Under the pieces are notes generated by a model. It was given only the letters and a program-made list of their open reading frames with translations, made no database searches and had not been told where the DNA came from. Position numbers and translations under genes: made by a program. Of a stretch of 64,000 nucleotides of DNA, positions 57,173-64,000 are shown in pieces. The DNA is taken from assembly GCA_027484085.1 (NCBI GenBank), contig JAIXQF010000004.1, positions 710,162 through 774,161 on the forward strand. The letters run 5' to 3'. The number at the start of each line of letters is the position of its first letter. Within the stretch, counting starts at the first letter, position 1. The DNA comes from Actinomycetales bacterium (lineage in GTDB: Bacteria > Actinomycetota > Actinomycetes > S36-B12 > UBA5976).

Positions 57173-58236
57173 CCGCGCTCCCAGAAACTAGGTCCTACTG
57201 GTTCATTAAATCCACTTTGGGCAATTAGGTAACCCTCAGCATCAACTGTGATCGCAAGTTGTGGCATGCGTCGTGCAGCTGGTCCGAAAACCACATTGCC
57301 CGAGTCTGATAGATCAAACGTAGACTGGTGGCACGGACACAGCAAGTGGTGAGTGCGCTGTTGGTAAAGTGATGTTGGACACCCTAGGTGGGTACAAATC
57401 TTTGAGAAAGCCAAGATTCCTTGGTAATCCCAAGCATCTCCCTGCTGGGACACAATATCTGCTGGATCCATTCGAACAATGATGATGGAAGCCTTACCGC
57501 GCTGGTTAAGGTTCATCTCTTCATGTTCGATTTCCATCAAGTTTTCAGGTACGGCATTAATGAGGCCACCTAGTGGAATGTCCGAAGCCTTGATCTTTTT
57601 GTAAGTGGCATCTGTTACCAAGTGGATGCCCTTATCCCAAATGGTTTCGCGCAACCGAGTACCAGGAAGTGGTCCAAGATCACGAAGCAAAACGATAAGT
57701 GGGACTGGGAATAGCGCTAGTGCGCCAAGAAGAGAGCGGCGAATAATCTTTCGTTCTCTAAAGCCAGATTCTGCAGCACCTCGCTGCAGGCTGGATTGCA
57801 CGGCAGCGCGCTCTTCGTTTGTAGAGGTTAAGGCGTGACGCTCTTGGATTACTTCCTCATCTGGCATCAATTTCTTTGCCCAATGAATTGCACCCAATCC
57901 GATTAACAGGATTGCCATACCGAAAGTGAATCCGATGGCGAGGTGATTTGCGTTCAGTGTGCCGATCACAGGAATCGTAATCAGTTGATCAGCCGGCACC
58001 TTTATGAAGGCGACAATAAACAGGATGATCATCAAAGATGACAAACCAAACATTGTCGCTACTTGGCGCTCCGCCCGAACTGCAGCTTTAGGATCAATGT
58101 CCGCTTTGCGTGGAACGTGAGGTTCCATTGGGAAAACGGTAATGCCGCTGATTAAATCTTTTCCGTCCTTGGCGCCATATGGGTCACCGGTTGGATGCTC
58201 TAATTCGTTCATTACTTTGCTTTCGCTCCGATCCAT
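57169..58236 (-). CDS. qcrA: Cytochrome bc1 complex Rieske iron-sulfur subunit
   Basis: 355 aa. CTHLGC and CPCHQS Rieske motifs. 4-bp overlap with qcrB. Confidence 0.9.
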   Translation of the reverse strand: MDRSESKVMNELEHPTGDPYGAKDGKDLISGITVFPMEPHVPRKADIDPKAAVRAERQVATMFGLSSLMIILFIVAFIKVPADQLITIPVIGTLNANHLAIGFTFGMAILLIGLGAIHWAKKLMPDEEVIQERHALTSTNEERAAVQSSLQRGAAESGFRERKIIRRSLLGALALFPVPLIVLLRDLGPLPGTRLRETIWDKGIHLVTDATYKKIKASDIPLGGLINAVPENLMEIEHEEMNLNQRGKASIIIVRMDPADIVSQQGDAWDYQGILAFSKICTHLGCPTSLYQQRTHHLLCPCHQSTFDLSDSGNVVFGPAARRMPQLAITVDAEGYLIAQSGFNEPVGPSFWERG

Positions 58237-58988
58237 ACTGCGGCAACGATAAGTACGCCAAGGCCAACCACAAAGATGAATAGTCCTTCAGTTACGGGAC
58301 CCTGACGTCCAAGGCTGAATCCGCCTGGGCTTTCGTTCTTCTGAAGTTCAGTTACGTAGGCAATGATGTGCTTCTTGTCTTCAACACTTAAAGTGCTATC
58401 TGCAAAGACCGGCATTGCTTGTGGTCCAGAAACCATTGCTTCGTATAGGTACTTAGCATCTGAATTCATCAGACTTGGTGCCTTGCGCCCTTCGGAAAGT
58501 GCGCCACCAACACCGGATGCGCCATGACACTGAGCGCAGTTAGTGCGGAATAGTTCGCCACCAAGTGCTAATTCGGCATCTGTAGTGTCAAGCATTTCGG
58601 CAGTTGGGATGCCAGGTCCGGCACCTAAAGTTGCGATGTAAGCAGCAAGGGCTGCAGTTTCTTCTTCGTTGTAGGAAGGCATTTTTGGCATTGCCTGGAC
58701 GCCTGGAGCGGCTAGCGGCATACGTCCAGTGCCGACCTGGAAGTCTACGGATGCAGCGCCAACTCCAAGTAGGGAAGGACCGTCAGATGCACCTTGGGCT
58801 GCAAGTCCGTGACAAGACGAGCATCCCTCTAGGAATAGTTGCTTGCCTTGCTCAACTTGAGTTTCAGTCTGTACTGCGGCCTTTGGCGCAGTCTGCGAAC
58901 TAACTGCTGCATAGGCCGCACCTGTAGTACCAAGTGCCACCGCTAGAACAGCAAACAATGCCGCTGGATGTCTTTTGCTGAGAGCCAC
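58212..58988 (-). CDS. qcrC: Cytochrome bc1 complex dihaem cytochrome c subunit
   Basis: 258 aa. Two CxxCH sites (CSSCH, CAQCH) and a C-terminal TM anchor. Confidence 0.9.
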   Translation of the reverse strand: MALSKRHPAALFAVLAVALGTTGAAYAAVSSQTAPKAAVQTETQVEQGKQLFLEGCSSCHGLAAQGASDGPSLLGVGAASVDFQVGTGRMPLAAPGVQAMPKMPSYNEEETAALAAYIATLGAGPGIPTAEMLDTTDAELALGGELFRTNCAQCHGASGVGGALSEGRKAPSLMNSDAKYLYEAMVSGPQAMPVFADSTLSVEDKKHIIAYVTELQKNESPGGFSLGRQGPVTEGLFIFVVGLGVLIVAAVWIGAKAK

Positions 58989-59043
58989 AGATTTCCTTTT
59001 CAGTTTCGGTTATTTCAAGATTGTTTAGTTTGGGGACGAAGGC

Positions 59044-59640
59044 TTACTTGATCAGGTAAATCGTTGCAAACAATGCAATCCAAACCACGTCGACGAAGTG
59101 CCAGTAGTAAGAAACCACGATCGCAGTTGTTGCTTGTTTGTGTGAGTAAGTCTTAGTTGCGTAAGTGCGCGCCAAGACGAACAAGAACGCAATCAGACCA
59201 CCGGTAACGTGCAAGCCGTGGAATCCAGTTGTTAAGTAGAAAGCTGAACCATAGGCATTTGAAGAAAGCGTCATTCCTTCGTGAACTAAAACTGAATATT
59301 CGTAAACTTGGCCAGCCACGAAGTAAAAGCCCATCAGGAAAGTTATTACGAACCACTTACGCAAGCCCTTTACGTCGCCTCGCTCAGCAGCGAATACGCC
59401 CAGTTGGCAGGTAACGGAAGAAAGCACCAAAATCGTGGTGTTGAACGAAGAAAACGGGATGTTGAGTAATTCGACTTCTTCTGCCCAAAGTTCAGGGTTT
59501 ACTGAACGCAAGGTGAAGTACATCGCAAATAGCGCTGCGAAGAACATCAATTCACTGGATAGCCAAACGATGGTTCCAATGGACACCATATTTGGACGTT
59601 CGGCTTGACTTGGGACTCTAATGGCAGAAGCTGTACTCAC
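59044..59640 (-). CDS. ctaE: Cytochrome c oxidase subunit III
   Basis: 198-aa five-TM subunit III pattern. Confidence 0.92.
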   Translation of the reverse strand: MSTASAIRVPSQAERPNMVSIGTIVWLSSELMFFAALFAMYFTLRSVNPELWAEEVELLNIPFSSFNTTILVLSSVTCQLGVFAAERGDVKGLRKWFVITFLMGFYFVAGQVYEYSVLVHEGMTLSSNAYGSAFYLTTGFHGLHVTGGLIAFLFVLARTYATKTYSHKQATTAIVVSYYWHFVDVVWIALFATIYLIK

Positions 59641-59767
59641 ACCCCGAGTTTACCCGCCACCTAGCGGAATATCCCCACAGGATGGCCTGATATTGCCTCG
59701 ATGTGATCTATTGCATTTTGGGGCCTCAAATTACCTCTCGGGTGCCCCCGTCAGATACTCTTTTGGA

Positions 59768-60178
59768 GTGTCAAACGCGATTCCCACTCTCAAAGTACTT
59801 GTCTACAGTGACGATTCCGCCGTCCGTGCGAGCGTAAAGGTCAGCCTTGGGCGCCGACCATCCGTAGATTTCGGAGAAATCGAGATTCTCGAGTGTGCAA
59901 CTCAGCCGGCAGTCCTGGCAGCGGTTGATTCCAAGCCTTTTGATCTACTGATTCTCGATGGCGAAGCAACACCTTCTGGTGGCATGGGACTTTGTCGCCA
60001 GCTCAAGGATGAAATTTATAACTGCCCACCTGTATTGGTGCTGGTTGGGCGAGTGGATGATCGCTGGCTAGCAACATGGTCGCGTGCCGATGCCGTTGTA
60101 GCTCATCCGATCGATCCGCGCGCAATCGTGCATGCCTGCCTAGATTTACTCAAATCTCGAAATTCAATTTCCCAATAG
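59768..60178 (+). CDS. Single-domain receiver-like protein (degenerate REC; start uncertain)
   Basis: KVLVYSDDS...DLLILDG...PVLVLVGR...VAHPI aligns to the CheY fold. The phospho-acceptor Asp is kept, but the T/S and K positions read V/G and H. The ORF is open from 59621 but would then overlap ctaE. Confidence 0.55.
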   Translation: MSNAIPTLKVLVYSDDSAVRASVKVSLGRRPSVDFGEIEILECATQPAVLAAVDSKPFDLLILDGEATPSGGMGLCRQLKDEIYNCPPVLVLVGRVDDRWLATWSRADAVVAHPIDPRAIVHACLDLLKSRNSISQ

Positions 60179-60190
60179 GGAAAATCGATT

Positions 60191-61279
60191 ATGAGTGACG
60201 CAAGTTGGAAGCAAGTTCTTGGGACATTAGTTTCTGGCGAAGACCTAACTTTTGATCAAGCGTTCTGGGCAATGAACGAAATGATGTCCGGTACTGCGAC
60301 TGATGCACAACTTGCAGGCCTCGTAATTGGCCTTCGGGTTAAGGGTGAAACTCCCCAAGAAGTAAATGGAATGGTTAAAGCAATGCTTGCCAATGCCGTT
60401 GAAGTTAACTTAGATCGAATCGCGGTTGATGTAGTTGGCACCGGTGGTGATGGTGCTCACACAGTCAACATTTCAACGATGTCCGCACTTACTGTCGCTG
60501 GCGCTGGTTTCCCTGTCCTAAAGCATGGCAATCGAGCAATCTCCTCTAAGGCAGGCACGGCGGACGTGCTGGAAGCCCTCGGCGTAGCCATAACCATGCC
60601 AACTAATTTGCTCTCATCTTGTTTAGCTGAGGCCGGCATTGCATTTTGCTTTGCGCCTTCACATCACCCAGCAATGAAGTACGCCGCAAATGTTCGCAAA
60701 GAACTTGGGGTACCGACAGTGTTCAACGTGCTAGGACCGTTATCAAATCCTGGGCAGCCTAAAGCGGCACTTTTGGGATGTGCAGATATTCGTCTAGCAC
60801 CAGTTTTGGCACAGGTTCAGTTAGATCGTGGATTCAAGTCAATAGTTGTTCGAAGCACGGATGGCTTAGATGAATTATCGACATCCGCGCCAACCCAGAT
60901 TTGGGATGTCACATCAGGCGAACTTCGAGAATCAATTTTGACTCCAAGCGAATTAGATTTAGAGCCGGCCACATTAGAACAATTACGCGGTGGAGATGCT
61001 CAATTCAATGCCCAGGTTGTTCGAGAGATTCTTGCTGGTCGGTCTGATGGCAATTTTGCAGCAATCCGAGATGTCGTTGCCTTAAACGCGGCAGCGACGA
61101 TGGTTGCTTACGATGCCGCAACTGAGGCCAAGCGCTTTGGCGAAATAACAGATTCGACCGTTGCGCGCATTGCACGTGCACTTCCTGTTGCGTATAGCTC
61201 GTTGGATACCGGAGCGGCTAGATCTCTTTTAGACGTATGGGTTTCGATTAGCCAGCGTTTCGCGCTAGCTGCCAACTAA
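60191..61279 (+). CDS. trpD: Anthranilate phosphoribosyltransferase
   Basis: 362 aa. VGTGGDGAHTVNIST motif. Confidence 0.92.
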   Translation: MSDASWKQVLGTLVSGEDLTFDQAFWAMNEMMSGTATDAQLAGLVIGLRVKGETPQEVNGMVKAMLANAVEVNLDRIAVDVVGTGGDGAHTVNISTMSALTVAGAGFPVLKHGNRAISSKAGTADVLEALGVAITMPTNLLSSCLAEAGIAFCFAPSHHPAMKYAANVRKELGVPTVFNVLGPLSNPGQPKAALLGCADIRLAPVLAQVQLDRGFKSIVVRSTDGLDELSTSAPTQIWDVTSGELRESILTPSELDLEPATLEQLRGGDAQFNAQVVREILAGRSDGNFAAIRDVVALNAAATMVAYDAATEAKRFGEITDSTVARIARALPVAYSSLDTGAARSLLDVWVSISQRFALAAN

Positions 61280-63034
61280 TTCATTTGCTCTAGCCTTAGC
61301 GTGAATTGGATGAAGCCAAGTGTGGCCTTCGCTGATTTCCACTAGGCGAGTAACGCCATCTCCAAGCCACTTGAGGATAAGTTCAATTTCAGAAACTAGC
61401 GTTGGCAAACCAATATCGGTTGGCATTGAGTTCTTTAGGTTTTGAACATAAGGCTTAGGGTCAACGCCTGGCGGAGCCACAACCCCAGCTGCAAATCGAC
61501 CATGTGAAAATCCATGAATATCCCAGCCACCCAATGGGTTAAGTTGCGCGGCAATAAGTAATGGAATGGATGAGATTTCTCGCAATTTACTGGAGCGATG
61601 GACCCCATCTTCGAGCGCATGCATTCGGTCGCGCACTACTGCAGCGTCCTCAAATTTTTCATCATGAACTAGATCTACAATTTTTTCCATCAGCTTGTTC
61701 GAAACTTCCGAGGAAATTCCCGTCAGAATTAAACTCGCCTCAGCCACTATCTCTTCATAGCCAACTGTGTTGGCGCCGGTTAAGCACGGTGCGATACAGC
61801 GCTTCATTTCGTACAACACACATGGCGAAATTGAGGACTTGCTGGTTATCCGTTCTTTACATTGCCGCAATTCGGTTGCTTGATGAATCGCGTGCATCGC
61901 AAGTTCGGCACTAACTCCATTTGCAAACGGACCGATTGCCGTGCGTTCGGAATTTGGCAAAGTTGATTGCCTCGATAATGAAAGTCTCGGGAATCGTTCA
62001 TCGGTTAACGTTACCCAGGTAGTTTTTTCTGGGTTTTTAGAGCGGAAGTTATACGTTGGCCGCAGTTCGTTAATCATTCGTAATTCTCGAATTTTTGCTT
62101 CTAGCGAAGTGGCACATACATGCGCATCAACCCGCTGGGCAAGTTCCACCATTGATGTCATTCGCCTACGAGTTTCGGCGGCAGTGAAATATGACATGAC
62201 ACGTTTCTTAATGTTTGTTGATGTCCCAACGTAAAGTGGGCGATTGTTGCCATCGTAGAAAATGTAAACGCCTGGGAGCTCTGGAAGGCCGTCTGCCAGA
62301 TAACGCTTGCGCCTTCGCTTTTCTGTGGCTGGACCACTAAAAGTTTGCAGTCCTTCCAGATCGTGTACTCCCAAATTGCCAACTCTTTCAATCAATCCAT
62401 GTAGAACCGAAACCGTTGCACGAGCGTCATCAAGAGCTCGGTGAGTGGGGCTTACGGGTGCACTAAAGAACTGCGCCAATGTGCCAAGCTTTCGATTCCT
62501 TACTTCATCTTTACGAAGTATCTTTCGAGCTAAAACAACGGTGTCTAGAATCGGTGGTTTTGGCCACGCAACATCAAATTTGTCACAAGCAGCCTTCAAG
62601 AATCCAACATCAAAAGGTGAGTTATGCGCGACTAAAACTGGTTGGTCACCGGATTCAAAGTTTGCAAATGCCAAGAATTCTCGAACTGCAGATTCAACCG
62701 TTGGAGCTCCTGCTAAATGGTGATCTGTGATTCCAGTCAGTACCGAGATAAATGCTGGGATAGGTACCCCTGGAGCGCAAAAAGTTCTAAATTCTCCGAC
62801 AACCTCGCCGCCGCGAACTTTTACTGCTCCAATTTCAGTTATGCCAGCGTCAACTGGCTTGCCACCTGCGGTTTCAAGGTCAACAACCACAAAAGTTGTT
62901 TGCGAAAGAGGTTGCCCAATGTCAGCAATTGTCAGTGCCTGAGTACCGGCCTGAGTACCGGCCTGAGTACATTCCTGGGCATTCGCATGAAGATCTGACG
63001 CCATTCTTGACTGCGTTTCAGGGCTCAGACTCAT
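61265..63034 (-). CDS. DEDD 3'-5' exonuclease (DnaQ-like) fused to a GIY-YIG/UvrC-like nuclease region (Rv2191-type)
   Basis: 589 aa. Exo motifs VVDLETAG, HNSPFD and HRALDDA, then GVYIFYDGNNRPLYVGTSTNIKKR (GIY-YIG). Converges on trpD with a 15-bp overlap. Confidence 0.85.
   Translation of the reverse strand: MSLSPETQSRMASDLHANAQECTQAGTQAGTQALTIADIGQPLSQTTFVVVDLETAGGKPVDAGITEIGAVKVRGGEVVGEFRTFCAPGVPIPAFISVLTGITDHHLAGAPTVESAVREFLAFANFESGDQPVLVAHNSPFDVGFLKAACDKFDVAWPKPPILDTVVLARKILRKDEVRNRKLGTLAQFFSAPVSPTHRALDDARATVSVLHGLIERVGNLGVHDLEGLQTFSGPATEKRRRKRYLADGLPELPGVYIFYDGNNRPLYVGTSTNIKKRVMSYFTAAETRRRMTSMVELAQRVDAHVCATSLEAKIRELRMINELRPTYNFRSKNPEKTTWVTLTDERFPRLSLSRQSTLPNSERTAIGPFANGVSAELAMHAIHQATELRQCKERITSKSSISPCVLYEMKRCIAPCLTGANTVGYEEIVAEASLILTGISSEVSNKLMEKIVDLVHDEKFEDAAVVRDRMHALEDGVHRSSKLREISSIPLLIAAQLNPLGGWDIHGFSHGRFAAGVVAPPGVDPKPYVQNLKNSMPTDIGLPTLVSEIELILKWLGDGVTRLVEISEGHTWLHPIHAKARANELVGS
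62937..62970 (-). repeat. 12-bp in-frame tandem repeat (2.8 copies) in the exonuclease N-terminal extension
   Basis: gcctgagtaccg x2 followed by gcctgagtac. Encodes the (AGTQ) repeats. Confidence 0.9.
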
Positions 63035-63040
63035 ATGGGG

Positions 63041-63063
63041 ACTTTACTTGCAATCTCTGACAA
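63041..63063 (-). promoter_or_regulatory. RecA-independent (PafBC-type) promoter-like motif directing a leaderless exonuclease mRNA
   Basis: Minus strand reads TTGTCAGAG-attgcaag-TAAAGT, one mismatch in the weakly conserved tail. The -10 ends 6 nt before the ATG at 63034. Confidence 0.5.
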
Positions 63064-63115
63064 TTCCAGGTTTGGGTGTGTCGGTGAGTCTGGCCGTTCG
63101 ACACGAAATCACAAA

Positions 63116-63138
63116 CTGTCAGTGGGTAATCATATGTT
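63116..63138 (+). promoter_or_regulatory. RecA-independent (PafBC-type) DNA-damage promoter motif
   Basis: cTGTCAGTG-ggtaatca-TATGTT lies 41 nt upstream of the ATG at 63179. It shares the 12-nt core TGTCAGTGGGTA with the site at 18220. Confidence 0.55.
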
Positions 63139-63178
63139 CTTAATTAGTAAGTCGCTGGAAGATTTTTAGGAGTTCCAA

Positions 63179-63382
63179 ATGTTGATTGATTGCTCTAGTT
63201 GCGTGATGCGTGACATCGCATGTTCAGATTGTGTCGTTACCGCACTATTAGGTCCAATGCCGGTTTCCCTTGAACCGCATAAGGAAGTTCTAGATGTTCT
63301 GGCATCGGCAGGCTTGGTGGCGCCATTGCGATTAATTAAGGGGGATGCAAGTCCAGAGCAATCCACTGCTCTCGCGCAGTAA
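63179..63382 (+). CDS. Small cysteine-rich protein (CxxC-x6-CxxC)
   Basis: 67 aa. AGGAG SD 6 nt upstream of the ATG. N-terminal CSSCVMRDIACSDC suggests a zinc knuckle. Confidence 0.55.
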   Translation: MLIDCSSCVMRDIACSDCVVTALLGPMPVSLEPHKEVLDVLASAGLVAPLRLIKGDASPEQSTALAQ

Positions 63383-63424
63383 GCAACCTCTCAACCACCT
63401 GGTTAGATACGGCAAGATGTATCT

Positions 63425-64000
63425 ATGAGTCGCACCCTAATCATCACAAATGATTTCCCGCCACGTCCTGGTGGGATTCAAACTTTTGGGTACGAAATTG
63501 CAAAAAGATTTGAGCCAGAATCGCTAACAGTACTTACATCGAACTGGGAAGGCGCATTGGAATTCGATGCCGCTCAAGAGTTCAAGATCGTAAGAGCTGA
63601 AACTCGGACGCTACTGCCATCGAAAAGAACCTTGCGAATGGCACTGGAGATCGTTGAATCTGAAGACATAACAAGAGTTCTGTTTGGAGCTGCAGCCCCA
63701 CTTGGCTTGTTAGCCGCACCCCTTCGAAAATCAGGTGTTCAAAACATCGTCGGCATGACACATGGCCATGAAACCGGGTGGGCAATGACCCCAGGCACTA
63801 GGCAGTTATTGCGCAAAATTGGAAATGATACAGATTTCCTCACTTACATCAGTGAATACACGCAACAAAAAATCGCTAAAGCATTAAGCCCAGAAGCATC
63901 GAAGCGAATGCGACGAATTACTCCTGGAGTTGATGTCACCGAGTTCTCGCCACTTAATGCTGCCGCAGGAAAACAGCTGCGCGAAAGCTTGGGTTGGCTG
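63425..64000 (+). CDS. pimB: GT4-family glycosyltransferase, PimB'-like mannosyltransferase; 3' end outside window
   Basis: Hand translation: MSRTLIITNDFPPRPGGIQTF...GMTHGHETGW...YISEYTQ, which resembles my recollection of mycobacterial PimB'. It is absent from the ORF track because it runs off the window. Confidence 0.8.
   Translation, partial: MSRTLIITNDFPPRPGGIQTFGYEIAKRFEPESLTVLTSNWEGALEFDAAQEFKIVRAETRTLLPSKRTLRMALEIVESEDITRVLFGAAAPLGLLAAPLRKSGVQNIVGMTHGHETGWAMTPGTRQLLRKIGNDTDFLTYISEYTQQKIAKALSPEASKRMRRITPGVDVTEFSPLNAAAGKQLRESLGWL

Noticed and set aside
63079-63110. Third TGTCGGTG copy and a GTTCGA half-site suggesting a LexA SOS box
   Set aside because: TGTCGGTG is followed by CGTTCG, not TAnnnT, at the N8 spacing. 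The SOS-box partner half TCGAAC-N4 is absent on either strand.
1-64000. Looked for CRISPR arrays, tRNA/rRNA genes, integrases, transposases, phage or defence-system genes
   Set aside because: None was found. The window is core-chromosome-like, with metabolic and transport insertions only.

Overview
64-kb chromosomal segment of an actinobacterium. GC is about 50% and coding density is very high, with many 1-8 bp gene overlaps. There are no rRNA or tRNA genes, CRISPR arrays, transposases or integrases. From my memory of the M. tuberculosis map, gene order is collinear with the Rv2188c-Rv2225 core block: pimB-like GT4, exonuclease/GIY-YIG, trpD, ctaE, qcrCAB, ctaC/ctaF, adoK, HesB/ErpA, glycerate kinase, DUF3043, gcvT, pepA, sucB, lipB/lipA, glnA1, glnE, glnA2, panB. 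Lineage-specific insertions interrupt that block. They include a B12-riboswitch-controlled BtuFCD-like importer, MMPL plus an S51 peptidase, murT-gatD fused to the cta operon, and aat. A roughly 10.6-kb accessory block lies between glnE and glnA: OCD, BioY, an NRAMP-like transporter, an orphan ORF with an XRE regulator, two MFS pumps, GNAT, AKR, an orphan EctC-like cupin and an S9 peptidase. The left end adds a queuosine-salvage pair (tgt/yhhQ), a stand-alone Lys/Ala-rich H1-like protein and nadE. No complete, obviously novel multi-gene system such as a defence island could be demonstrated. The strongest leads, all read directly from the sequence, are these. (1) Three copies of the mycobacterial RecA-independent (PafBC-type) DNA-damage promoter motif TGTCRGTG-N8-TAnnnT. 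Two sit back-to-back in front of the exonuclease/GIY-YIG gene (apparently leaderless) and a tiny CxxC-x6-CxxC protein. One sits in front of an orphan ORF that converges on and overlaps an XRE regulator. (2) A four-box GlnR-type operator upstream of glnA. (3) A Tgt with altered substrate-pocket motifs. (4) An NRAMP-like transporter lacking the canonical Mn/Fe ligands. (5) An orphan EctC. (6) A 413-bp A/T-tract-rich region upstream of the H1-like gene. All functional calls rest on motif and family recognition by eye, and no database search was run.
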